From NCBI GenBank assembly GCA_030324005.1, contig JARDVH010000097.1, forward strand, positions 50,481,530 to 50,545,529: a stretch of DNA of 64,000 nucleotides. The letters are read 5' to 3'. The position numbers and the translations under genes were made by a program. The notes under the pieces were generated by a model. The model searched no databases and was not told where the DNA came from. It saw only the letters and a list, made by a program, of their open reading frames with translations. The DNA comes from Negaprion brevirostris (Eukaryota). Below, in pieces: positions 1-12,486 of the stretch. The first letter of the stretch is position 1; the number at the start of each line of letters is the position of its first letter.

Positions 1-619
1 TTTTCACACCCGTAAACAGGCACAACCTGATGGTAAAATCAGTCCCACAGTCTATTTGGAGGTCAGACAGCTCTGAAACCTCAGTAACTCCATTGGGAGA
101 GCTAGGTATTGTTGAGGCAGGGAGAATCGAGAGGCTGCCTTAACATGGAGATGTCCTCAGAAGAATAAGTTTACAATGAGCAGATTGAAGGGGAAGCCCT
201 ACAAGTTGACTCACTGAGGCCATTCCTGACTACAGCCTCCTCATTAATGGACGGATCCTCCGGCTCCAATGGCACCTCCAGCCTGCCACAGAGAGGCCCT
301 CTCCATGGAACTGTCGGTCTTTGCATGCAGTGACAGAGGGGGAAAGAGTGGGTAGGCGCAGGCCACTTCACTGCCAGTAAAGTGTCCTAATTTGGGCCTT
401 AAACATGCTCATTGGCTGCTCACCTTTGTTTAGGGGACTCCCTGTCTCCAGGTCTATTGCTGAGCATCTTCTCCAGTGATAAGGCATCAGGGAGCCATCC
501 TGAGCCACCTTCCCGCTCTTCCCAACTCGTGCCCCTTTCCAAGCCCATCACCCCAGGGCCCGTAAAATTGGGCCTATTAGTTTTCCCAGAATAACTTTTG
601 CTACTCCAGTGTTTAATTG

Positions 620-960
620 AGGGTGTAACAGCTTAGCCAAGATTGAATGTTGGACAAGCAATCAAACAGTACGGATGGTGTCAGGTGAAGTGATGGAAAG
701 CTAGGAATGGATGTCATCACCGTACATTCGGAAGTTGACTCCAGGACTTTGAGTGACATTAGCAAGACCAACATGTAGATGAAGGGGGCAAGGTTGCCAA
801 CATGGGTACTTGGGGATCCCTAGATTAATGGTGCAAGAAGGAGAATATAAATTAGTGCTAGAGACAACCTGGCTGAGATTCAATCAGTAAAAGTAAAAGT
901 GAACTCAGACAACAGAACTGAACAGTGGAGGAAAGAATGGTGTCATTGACCTTGAGTAGG
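620..960 (-). mobile_element. L2-type LINE reverse-transcriptase fragment
   Basis: The minus ORF 701-883 ends GVNFRMYGDDIH, a degenerate form of the RT (H)MYADD motif. Confidence 0.6.
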
Positions 961-1759
961 GGAGAAGTGATTAAGGAGGCAAACACTATTGTACATCTGA
1001 CGCATATACATCGGCAAGCTACTCAATCAGCTTGTGTAGGTTTGAAGCAGAGTGCCAGAGATGCAAAGCCAGCACTAAGCCAAGTCATTTCTCATCTCTG
1101 TTCTTGCTTCTTAATTTTGGAGGGCATTAAAAACACGATACATTGACACTTGATCAAATTTAGGATGTTGCCATACAGCTTGTGCACTAATTTTAATTAC
1201 TTAGAAGTACTCCAGCATGATTGTTTCTCTTCAAAAGTAAATTAGCAATATGCAATTGACTAAAAATTAAATGGAGTTACGAAACCTGAGTGCCCATGTT
1301 CAGCCATCTNNNNNNNNNNNNNNNNNNNNNNNNNNNNNNNNNNNNNNNNNNNNNNNNNNNNNNNNNNNNNNNNNNNNNNNNNNNNNNNNNNNNNNNNNNN
1401 NNNNNNNNNNNNNNNNNNNNNNNNNNNNNNNNNNNNNNNNNNNNNNNNNNNNNNNNNNNNNNNNNNNNNNNNNNNNNNNNNNNNNNNNNNNNNNNNNNNN
1501 NNNNNNNNNNNNNNNNNNNNNNNNNNNNNNNNNNNNNNNNNNNNNNNNNNNNNNNNNNNNGATTTGTAGCGAATATTGGTTCAAATCTCAAGAGCAGTCT
1601 GTAGATAGACACTTTGAACTGACAACTTCACTCAGAATGACCAAAGGATGGAAGGTGTTTTTAATTGGCGAATTAGATTCTGTTCTGCTTTATGCTGTTT
1701 GTCTATGAGATTCATTTTGCCCGAGCTACATTTCATTGGAAAAAAAGATCAGGATTGGA

Positions 1760-2800
1760 CCATTTAGCCCCTCAAACCTTTTCTACTATTCAATGAGACC
1801 ATGGTCTTGCTACAATCTAACTCCCTAGAGCCACCTTTCTCCCATATCCCTTGATGTTGTTCGTCCACAAAACAACTAACAACTTCATTTACAAAAATAA
1901 CAATTGATCTAGTCTCAATTGCTTTTTGCAGCAGATATTCCAAACTTCTACCATCCTCCATGTGAAGAAGTGTTTACTATTTTCACTCCTGAAAGCTCTG
2001 CTTCTAACTTTTAGACTATGCCTTCCAGTTGACTCACCTCCTGACTCCCCAAAGCCTGTCCACCATTTACAAGGTATGAGTTATAAGCTTGATGAAAAAC
2101 TATTCTCTTGCTTGGATGTATGCAGCTCCAAGAAGCTTGACAGCATCATGGACAAAGCAACCCCTTCCACATGCATTCACTCCCTCCAGCAACGACGCAC
2201 AGTAGCAGCAGTGTGTACCATTTACAAGATGCGCTGAAGGAACTTACAAAGGCTCCTTGGGCAATCTTCCAAACCCACAAACACTACCATCTAGAAGGAC
2301 AAGCTCAACAGATACCTGTGAATCCACCACCTGGAAGTTTCCTCCAAACCACACAACATCCTGACTTGGAAATGCACCACTGTTCCTTCACTGTCGCTGG
2401 GTCAAAATCCTGGAACTCCCTCCCTAACAGCTTTGTGGATGCATCTACACCACATGGACTGGAATAATTCAAGAAGGCAGCTCTCCACCAACTTCTCAAG
2501 GGCAATTAGAAATGGGCAATAAGTGCTGGCCTAACCAAGATGGCCATATCCCTTGAATGAATAAAAAACTCCCCAACTAGTGGAAATTATTTTTCGTTAA
2601 GTACCCTATTCATCCTTTCCTCTTAATATCTTGAACATTTCAATCTCATCATCACATTACATTTGAAATTTGAAGGTATACAACACTAATCTCTCCTCAT
2701 AATTTATCTCTTGGATTTCAGGCATCATTCTGGTAAATCTGCACTGCCTGCAAGATCAATATATCTTTCTTGGATATGGTGCCAGAATCGCTCAATGTAC
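1760..2800 (-). mobile_element. CR1-type LINE 3' fragment interrupted by another LINE at ~2030-2568
   Basis: Matches the other CR1 3' ends in the window (ttccaaac...accatcct...tgaagaag, cattctggtaaatctgcactgc). Confidence 0.55.
2030..2568 (+). mobile_element. CR1/L2-group LINE 3' end (family with GGGCAATAAATGCTGGCC tail)
   Basis: Same sequence as copies at 41735-42520, 48390-49290 and 59590-60360; ends in gaatgaataaaaaa. Confidence 0.75.
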
Positions 2801-3559
2801 TCAAATGCACTTTCCTTCAGACTTTTACCAAATAATTCTTAAGATTTCTCTAGAAGAGATGCCTTTTTTGGACCCCAATCTCATGGTTGGATGACAGTTT
2901 GCTTACAGGATTGTTTCTCGACTTAGTCTGATAGAAATGATGATATGTGGAGGGTTCTTACTGGAGAAAAGGAGCTTACTTTGTCTTTTTTCAAGGTGAG
3001 CATCCTCCTCAGTTTATAATCCCTCCCAGCCTTATTTTCAGTTAAAATTCTCCATTTACCCTCTGCATCAAGCTAATAAAGGTACAGTGCCTGTATTTCA
3101 GCTGGAACAAACCGCGTGTGGAACCTTTCTGAAGTCAAATTTCATGAAAATCTCAGAATGTAATGTTACCCCTCATCCAACTTTATTCCCGGAGAGGGGA
3201 TTGGTGCTAACACCACGCTAGCGTTGAATGAATTATGTGCACTACAAAAGGAGAAAAGTTCAATAGATGCCTAAAAAGGAGCGCAGATGTCAGGATGTCG
3301 GATTCATCCACGTCCATAACTTCTGATGCAGGCAGCACAACTTCATGCTGTCTGCTAATATACGTGACTGCTGTACGTAGCAAGCAATAAATGTATTGTT
3401 GAGTGGTGCACATTTGAGTAGCCTAGGTTTGTCCAAGGCAACCTTCAGTATTTAAAGCCAGCCTGCAGCTGTTTGTGGGGATACTACATTCTCCTTGGAG
3501 CAGGCACTAGAACAATTAATGGCAGAGAATCTGATCAGGAAAAGAAGTGAATTTGGACA

Positions 3560-4110
3560 CAACAGAAGGAAGAACGTATTCCAAGATATTCTAATGCTTG
3601 ATGCTTTGGTGCAGGAGAGAAGAAGATATGTCATCTTTTCACATGAAGCCAGGAGACCCTGCAGATGAACTTTGTGAAGGCAGTAGGAGCAGATAGCTGT
3701 GCAGGCATTATCAGGAGTGAAGCTCTGAGTGCCTGGATGCACAGCCTCAAAAAGTTCAATGATCTTAGGCTAGTGGCTAAGGTCAGTTGATGCATTGTCA
3801 AATACTAACACTCAAACACTTCAACTAGCCTCAGACACTGGTCACACACCACATCCTGATTCCTCCCCTACCTCACCATGTTTTCCCACAATTAACACTA
3901 TAGTGAATCTCATATCCTTATCTCATGCATGTACACAACCATGACAGTCATATCACTCACATACATTGCACATCACTAACTGGCACACTTTCCTATCTCT
4001 TGCAGACTGGGCACACAACGAGAGGTAGCAGGAGCTAACTGGTGGGACAGGGAGCACATCTGCATATCCTTAACCTAATGGAAGACTGTGCTCACCATTG
4101 TTATGTATGT
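3560..4110 (+). mobile_element. Decayed PIF/Harbinger Myb/SANT-like DNA-binding ORF (two exons)
   Basis: Fragments translate to ERIPRYSN / LDALVQERRR...RQ*EQIA / WMHSLKKFNDLRLVAK|gtcagt, then ttgcag|..LAHNER*QELTGG. This follows the MADF/Myb-SANT pattern with the typical TGG(G) motif. Confidence 0.6.
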
Positions 4111-7100
4111 TGGGGCGTAGCCTCTTTGAGAGAATGGGTCACGTGATCTTGAATAATCTGCCCAGGAACGGCCGTACAAGGGCTGTTGTAGTTTGGAGTG
4201 TGATGCGAGTAAGACCTTCAATGAATACTTGTGTTTCCCAACACCTGTCTGTGAAGTTCTTGGGGGTATACCCCAGTAGTAGAGAATTTTAAAACCATCT
4301 CTGGAGTGGCCACAGCTGAATCTGTGCCGATGGTGACATTGAAATCATTCAAANNNNNNNNNNNNNNNNNNNNNNNNNNNNNNNNNNNNNNNNNNNNNNN
4401 NNNNNNNNNNNNNNNNNNNNNNNNNNNNNNNNNNNNNNNNNNNNNNNNNNNNNTGACATTGAAATCATTCAAAATGACAATAATCTCATTCCTAATCCTC
4501 GTTCCCACAATCAAGCTCATCCTGCATTCTCCTCTAGTTTAGAAGCATACATAATGTATGCATTTACATTCCCAGACAACCCTATCCTTGTAGCTTTCTC
4601 CTTTCTGATAGCAAAGAACAGCAGCATAGCCAGGCAATAATGGAAGCGCCAAAGATAGAAAGGCAAGACAATAGTAATGGAGAAACAAATACTGGCTGGA
4701 ATTTTACTGGTGCACCGTCATGCCTACAGGACCAAATGATGGCAAATGAGCCACACCGGGACATGGTAAAAACGAGGCAGGACTTCACCAATGATTTTAC
4801 CAGCAGTGCCACCAGAATCATTTTCCCCTTAAGGATCAGTGCCCTGCCTCTCTTCTCCAAGAGTTGGCAGGCTTGGCAGTGCCATCAATAGAGCTACCAA
4901 GGTCACAAGGGAAAGGACAAGCTGCCTCCCTATTTCAGGCTGCCTCAAATCACTGGCAGAGAAGATCAGTATGTGCTGGCTGAGCAGGCTGGCTCCAACA
5001 ACCGAAAGCAAAGGCCTTCCACCGGCAGCATCATCACCCTGAGAGTGGCCATTGTCTTCCCCGGGGTCTAGAGCCATGGGAAAGAAAAATCAGCCACCCC
5101 ACATCACTGTGCCCCCCCCCCACCCCCTAACCAAACCCAGCAGGCTANNNNNNNNNNNNNNNNNNNNNNNNNNNNNNNNNNNNNNNNNNNNNNNNNNNNN
5201 NNNNNNNNNNNNNNNNNNNNNNNNNNNNNNNNNNNNNNNNNNNNNNNNNNNNNNNNNNNNNNNNNNNNNNNNNNNNNNNNNNNNNNNNNNNNNNNNNNNN
5301 NNNNNNNNNNNNNNNNNNNNNNNNNNNNNNNNNNNNNNNNNNNNNNNNNNNNNNNNNNNNNNNNNNNNNNNNNNNNNNNNNNNNNNNNNNNNNNNNNNNN
5401 NNNNNNNNNNNNNNNNNNNNNNNNNNNNNNNNNNNNNNNNNNNNNNNNNNNNNNNNNNNNNNNNNNNNNNNNNNNNNNNNNNNNNNNNNNNNACTGTGCC
5501 CCCCCCCCACCCCCTACCCAAACCCAGCAGGCTACTGCAAAGCTGCCTTAATGAAACTGGTGGACACATCACTTAATGCAGAGCTGATCTGATGGCAGTG
5601 AAATACTGGTGATCAGGCTTCCCCCCACCAAGTCTTCCAATACCTCCTCACACTGTTTTACTAACCCTCCTGATTCAGCCCACTGCTACTCACGGGCAAA
5701 CTCAAAACCACCAACTTGGAGTTTGGTACCCATACATTGTTTATACGATAACGTAGAGTTTGTGCCTGCATGCTGTGTAAGATAAAAGTATGTGTGGCCT
5801 CCTGTTAGAGCCTGGGCCAAACCTGGCCCTGGTGCCAGTTCATTGAGGACAAGGTTGTGTACACGCTGTGCTGCAGACGAATCTTGAGAGGTGAGCTAGA
5901 GACGACTTCTGATGGGTATTTACAATGAAATGTTCAATGCATTGGCAGGTCTGCCTGGAAGTCTGAGTGCAATGCAAAAGAATTCGGAGGACTCTGGCAC
6001 CAAATTGGTGTAGGCCAGTGCACCGTGCTTGAAGCCCATCCTGTCAAGTGAGGAAATACTAACCAACTCCATTCGCACATCCAATCAAAACTAACTATCT
6101 GAGCTTTTACTATAGCACAAGCAGAGGCCACCCAAACTCAAAATCTAAAAGCAAAAGAAACCGCAGAAAGTCAGTTAACCACAAATAGGTGTGAAGGGGT
6201 GATCATCTATGTCCATTATAAAGCAATAGCATTAAACATTAATAATAATAGTTGTCAAGTAACCAAACTGGCTTCTGATACCAAAATCTTTTATTGAAAT
6301 GAAAACCAGAGGAGCAATCAATCTGTGAAGTATACCATTGTAGAATATCATCTGCCAATCAAGACAGGAACACCTGAGCCTTTGGAAATGTGTAGACTGC
6401 TACATCTTAAAAGCCTTCCAGTCTGATTCCTAATTGAAGTCCACCTGTAAATTAACCTGGCTTCCTAGTAAAAGAAAATCCATCAGTGACTATATTTGCA
6501 ATCTGCTCTACACCCATATCGTCAAGGGAAGCCTGATATACAACTTCAGCTTATAAACTCTTTTGTCTCCTCTTTCAGAGTGCAATGCCTCTGTACTGGG
6601 TCGGCAGTCACTGCCTTTCCTATGATATGCAAAACAATTATTTTGTCTGCAACTTATAAAAGTACACTCTTCTTTTTAATCACATCTTTCTTGAGTGAAT
6701 GAGTATGCATGAGTGATGAGCGTTTAGACTTTTGGGGTGAATGTTCTTTATTTAAACCCACAAACAATTGCTACTGTTATTAAGATTGATTACGCACTCC
6801 GCACTCGGGGTCCAACAGGCAACATACATCTTGCTTTATTAAAAAGACATTGTTTACAAATGGTAAGGAGAAAGGTATAAGGGTTTCAGCTCTCTCCTGA
6901 TCCTGTCTATAACAAATTAGTAATAGTTTTTGAACTGCTAGAATTATAGTCAAGTGCATTCCTCCTGTCTCAGTCAGCACTTAAGATAGAGATATGAAAA
7001 ACCTAACCAATGGAACAATATTTTACTGAGGACCACAGAGCATCTATCTCTTACAACTGGTGTGCACTAGTATGAATCTTAAGAAGTTATCAGATGTATA

Positions 7101-7649
7101 TTTTGTCACAGACCAGAAATACCTCAACCTTGAATATTTCCACAAGTGAATTTATTGTATTTCAGGCATGCCAGAAATCTGGTTGTGATTTTATGTAGGT
7201 AGAAGTTATCTTCTAACCATGCATGTTTGGGAATATTGAATTCCATCATTTGTTTTTGTAAATCTATTCAAAATTGTAAGAGATGTTGTTCAGAAATTAA
7301 ATTCTAGAATGATTTAGANNNNNNNNNNNNNNNNNNNNNNNNNNNNNNNNNNNNNNNNNNNNNNNNNNNNNNNNNNNNNNNNNNNNNNNNNNNNNNNNNN
7401 NNNNNNNNNNNNNNNNNNTTTAGATGCCGAGGAGAAACAAGATCCAACAGGATTGTTTTTAGTTGTCAAAGAATACCAAAAAAGAGCATAGGAAAGGAAG
7501 TAATATGTGAGTCAGTGGATATTTCATTTGATATTGCTGCAGCTAATATTTTAAATCTGAATTATATTAACTGAGGAACAAGTATAGGGTTCATCTTTTA
7601 AAATACAAATGAAACATACATTTGCATTTTATCTGTACATGCTTATTCT

Positions 7650-8600
7650 TTTTTATTCTTTTATGCAATGGAAGCATCACTGGCTGGCCAGCATTTAAAG
7701 TCCATCCCTAATTGCTCTTGAGAAGGTGATGGTGAGTTGCCTTCTTCAATGGCTGCATCCTTAGGATGTAAGTACATCTACAGTGCTACTAGGGAGGAAA
7801 TTCCAAGATTTTGACCCAGTGACAGTGAAGGAATGACGATATAGTTCCGAGTCAGAATGGTGAGTAGCTTGGAGGGAAACCTGCAAGTAGAAGTATTCCC
7901 TTGTACCTTGTACCCTGTCCTTCTAGTTGATAGCATGTTCCAAACTCACACAACTATCTCAGGAGCTTTGGCAACTTTCTGCAGTGCAGCCTGAGTGTTG
8001 CTGGAGCTGCACTCATCCAGGCACGTGGAGAGTGTTCCATGACACTCCTGACTTATAGCTTGTAGATGGTGGACAGACTTTGTGGAGTTAGGAAGTGGAC
8101 TACATGCCAAGGATTCCTACTGTTTGACCAGCTCTTGTAGCCACAGCATTTATATGACTAGTCCAGTTCAGCATCTGGTCAATGGTAAACCCAGGATGTT
8201 GATAATGGAGGACTCAGCAATCATGATACCATTGAACGTCAAAGGCAATGGTCACATCCTCTCTTGTTGCTTGGTACTTGTGTGGCCTGAATGTTTCTTG
8301 CCACCTGTCAGCCCAAGCCTGGATATTGTCAGGTCTTGCTACATTTAGACATGGATTGCTTCAATATCTGAGGAGTTGTGAATGATGCTGAACATTATGC
8401 AATCATTGGTGAACATTTCTGATTCTGACCTTTTGATGGAAGTTCATTAATGAAGCAGCTGAAGATGGTTGGGCCTAGCAACTCCTGCAGTTATGTCCTT
8501 ATGATTGACCTCTAAGAACCACAGCCTTTGTATGAGGTATAATTCCAACCAGCAGAAAATTTTCTCAGTGACTCCCTTTGATTCTTGTTTTCCTGTACCT
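7650..8600 (-). mobile_element. LINE 3' portion (same family as 2030-2568), antisense
   Basis: Contains ggccagcattta...cccta attg...ttgagaagg, ttccaagattttgacccagtgacagtgaagga and ctggtcaatggtaa. Confidence 0.75.
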
Positions 8601-9099
8601 TGGATTATGGAGATCATGCATCTAAATGCTACCTTTTCTAAATTAAGCTTACTATACCCCCAAAAAACTGGATGTAACCACTGAATTTAATTACGTAATG
8701 CTTTTTTCTTCAAGCCATTTTGGTCCAATGATTTTTTTTCTCATGTGGGAGAGATAAACTGAATAAAAAATGTTGAGTGTGGGATTGTTGAAGTCAGAGA
8801 TATTCCAAATTCAACCCACAACCATCTTGTTGGCTCACAGTAACATCAAATACATGAACTGACTCGTATTGCTTGTTGCAGTTGCTTTATCTACAAAAAG
8901 AAAAATCTATAATGCTGACAGAAATGTATTGAATTAAATGAGCACTATCCTTAGATGCATTTTGCTTTATGGTGTCATGCAGAACTAGTTGATTTATTTA
9001 ATGTACAGCCTTCTGAGTAGAGTAAATATCACAAAAATATTATTGAAATAATGTTGTAACTAGATATCATTACACAATCGTGGGAAAAGGTGATGGCAA

Positions 9100-9480
9100 T
9101 TCAGCCCTTTTCAGCCTGCTCTGCCATTCAATCAAATCATGTCTGATCTTTCCCTGTTCTCCGTATCTGTTTAACGTATTTTTACTAGACGTACATCAAT
9201 CTCCTTCTTGAAACCATTTAATGACTCAGACTTCACTGCGCTATGGGGCAGCGAGTTCGACAAATTCACCACCCTCAGCGAGAAGGGTTCCTCCTCATCT
9301 GAGTTTTAAATCTACCGCCTCTCAACCTATGCCTGTGACCTCATGTTTTAGATTGCCCCATAAGGCCTAGATTTAGTCTATCAATCCCTTTTAGACTTTT
9401 AGATACCTTAATCAGCTTCCCACTCATCCTTCTAAACTCCAGCGAGTATAAACTCAAACTGTTTAATCTCTCCCTGTATG
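9100..9480 (-). mobile_element. CR1-type LINE 3' fragment
   Basis: cagcctgctctgccattcaat tail plus RT C-terminal remnants shared with 18995-19465 and 35565-36630. Confidence 0.65.
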
Positions 9481-9879
9481 TCAATTCAGTGATTCTGTAA
9501 CGTTACAAATCTGCATTTGCTGCAAGTTTCCTGGAGTTCGGCCACAATCACAGGTATTCTGAATAGGTTATTCCTTCCCATCTGGAAGCTAATTCCTATA
9601 GTTAACTCCATGATATCATTGGTCAGAAAGATAACAATAATAGTCATGTCACTTGAACCAGATGCTTATATCTTTGGCAAATACATTTGTTCAATCTCTT
9701 TAAAGGCAAATTGAGCAAATGCACAGTGAGACAAGTTATGCCTGAATTGTTAAAATGGTTTGATTCACTGTATGATTAATATACAAAGAAACAATTATTA
9801 AAAGGACACGTACAACAAGTGTCTAATTCTTGTACATCACACACACCTGATTTTAATCGCTCTACTATTTCTGGCCATG

Positions 9880-10090
9880 TCTTCAGCAGTTAAGGCACTA
9901 ACTTTTGGAATTCCTGCCGATACTTCAGTTTCTCTCTTCCTCTCCTTCCTCCTCTAACTTGTTCCTTAAAAGCTACTCTTTACCAAGGTCATTTGCCCTA
10001 TTATCGTCTTACCTGGTTCTGTGTCAAATTTTAGAATTGGAACACTCCATGAACCGCTTTGGGACATCTCAATGTTGCTGATGTTGTTTT
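9880..10090 (+). mobile_element. L2-type LINE 3' end
   Basis: ggaattcc...ccttaaaa...gtgtcaaattt...cgctttgggac...tgttg tail typical of L2. Confidence 0.5.
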
Positions 10091-10289
10091 ACTTATAATT
10101 GATTTAGTTGGTATATTTTGTGTTTTTGAAATAATACAAAAGTAATGGAAATAATATGCTCCCCCAAAATCAGGAGATTGTTTTCAACAAACAAATTTAA
10201 ATATCCTCCAGCACTGCATCCTTCTTGCAGCCCTTTTTGGACCTTGCTATTTCATAGCTTTCTGCCTCTATTTATGTTCCTGTCTGTTG

Positions 10290-11085
10290 TGAACAAAGAA
10301 TAAAGAACAGTACAGCACATGCACAGGCCCTTCGGCCCACCAAGCCTGTGCTAACACAAGACACTTTTCTAAATTTAAAGACCTTTTGCCTCTACATGGT
10401 CCACATCCCTCTATTTCCTGTCTATTCGTGTATCTGTCAAGGTGCCTCTTAAACATTGTATCTGCTTCTACCACCTTCTCTTGCAGCTCATTCCAGCCAC
10501 TTACCACCCTCTGTGTAAAAAAAAAAACTAGCCTTTCACATCGCCTTTAAACTTTCCCCCTTTTACCTTAAACCTATGTCCTCCAGTAAATGACATTTCT
10601 ATCCTAAGAAAAAGACTCCAACTATCTATTCTATCCAAACATCTCATAATTTTGTAAACTTCTATCAAGTCACTCATCAGCCTCCAATGTTCAAGTGAAA
10701 ACAAACTCAGTTTGTCCAATCGCTCCTCATAGATAATAACTCTCCAAACCAGGCAACATCCTGGTAAACCTTTTCTGTACCGTCTCCAAAGTCCTTCTGG
10801 TAGTGTGGTGAACAGAACAGTGCGCAATATTCCAAATATTGTCCAACTAAAGTTCTATACAGCTGCAATTTGCCAATTTGCCAATGATTTGCCAATTTTT
10901 ATACTCTATACCCTGACTGATGAAGGCNNNNNNNNNNNNNNNNNNNNNNNNNNNNNNNNNNNNNNNNNNNNNNNNNNNNNNNNNNNNNNNNNNNNNNNNN
11001 NNNNNNNNNNNNNNNNNNNNNNNNNNNTTGGCCAATGATTTGCCAATTTTTATACTCTATACCCTGACTGATGAAGGCAAGTATG
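10290..11085 (-). mobile_element. CR1 (HER1-like) LINE 3' fragment
   Basis: Minus ORFs give LYRTLVGQYLEYCALFCSPHYQKD and YEERLDKLSLFSLE..DLIEVYKIM, the CR1 ORF2 C-terminus. Confidence 0.85.
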
Positions 11086-11667
11086 CCTTACGCCATGTGT
11101 TTCCATGTTTTATCTTCTCCTGTGTACAGCCAAAAATGCAAGGTCCATAGCATTTCCCTTACTGAATGCCCAGGATCCAAGATTTTCCACTGGCTGTGAA
11201 GTGTTTTTCACTGACTGAGACAAAGATCAAGCTGTTTATTATTTAAAGCATTTCTCATAAAAACAGGCTGATTAACGGCTAAATTACCTTTTGTTTCAGA
11301 AACCCCCTTTTAATTTTTATGAATACACTATGCTTTGAAATGTACAATAGAAATGTTTATTTCATCAACAACGTTGTTTAATCTTTGATTAAAATGATAC
11401 ATTTATAATTTAAAAGCGTGTCTATCTCAATACGCTCAACAGGATGACTGGAAATTAAACTGATGTATTTTTGGCTCACTATTTAGTTAATTTCTTGGCT
11501 TTTTTAAGTTTGATCTGAAATAGGTGCCTTACTTGGAGAGCCGAGACTAGTCTGGAAATAGGGGGTTGAACAACACTGGTTGTTAATTGAGATAGAGTTG
11601 TGGGAACACTTCCATTCGTCCAGCTGTATACAAACATTTTAAAAGTTAACAATTCTTTTGGTAATGG

Positions 11668-12486
11668 TGTAACGATACTGTGCCTTTGTGACATGTATTC
11701 TTATCATATTTATTGTAAGGAGTATGTTTAAACTTCAGTGGTTTTACATGGTGCCAACTTGTCTGGGCAACAGGAAACTTAAATGCTCAGGGTGTAGGAT
11801 AATGACTGATTTTAGCAAATGGTGTGTTTGTCTAAACAGAGTTAATGCTTTTGTGTTTACTTCGGTTTCCCTTGGGATTTCAGAGTAAAGTTTTGATTAG
11901 GTTGATTAACAAGAGACAGAGTCACATGCTAATAGGAGGAGCTAAGTTTGCAGGGAAGATGCACAGTTTCTTTCTTTTTAAACATTCAGTTTTCTGTCTG
12001 TTCCTGAAGGAAGAAAGAGGTGTCTTTCTGTCTGTCTGTCTGTGTGTCTCTTCCTCTCTGGAGGCTGCTGTTTGGGGTTGTCAAAAGATGGGTATCTCTC
12101 TCTCCAGAGCTTTTCAAAAAGCCCTAGGACTGTTAATAAGTACAAGCATGTAAGCTTGTGTGTTGCTAACTGACTTTGAAGAAGGGTTGAGCCTATAAGA
12201 GGAATATTGTTTGAATTGGAACTAATAGAGATAGGGCAGCAGTTAAGAATTGTATGTTGTCAGGTTTAAGCGTTGTTCAAATGTAAAGTGTTAAGTTAAC
12301 TCATTTTGTTACAGTTAAACTGTGTTATTAAATAAAGTGTGTTTTTATAAAAGCTTCCCAGTTTGGTAGTAGAGTTGCACTTGGAGTGAACTATCATATC
12401 TGCACATTCATGCCAAACTAGCAAACAGCTGGGGCCTAGTCTAATTTCATAATATACCTTGGGGTTTCTGATCCCACACCCTAACA
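11668..12486 (+). mobile_element. Solo LTR (819 bp) with 4-bp target-site duplication
   Basis: Starts TGTAAC, ends CTAACA, flanked by ATGG on both sides (11664-11667 and 12487-12490), with AATAAA at 12331. Confidence 0.75.

Noticed and set aside
4334-11077. Direct repeats flanking N gaps (4334/4454, 5105/5493, 10880/11030; also 42165/42279)
   Set aside because: Identical sequence on both sides of mostly 100-N placeholder gaps indicates overlapping contig ends, not biological tandem repeats or CRISPR arrays.
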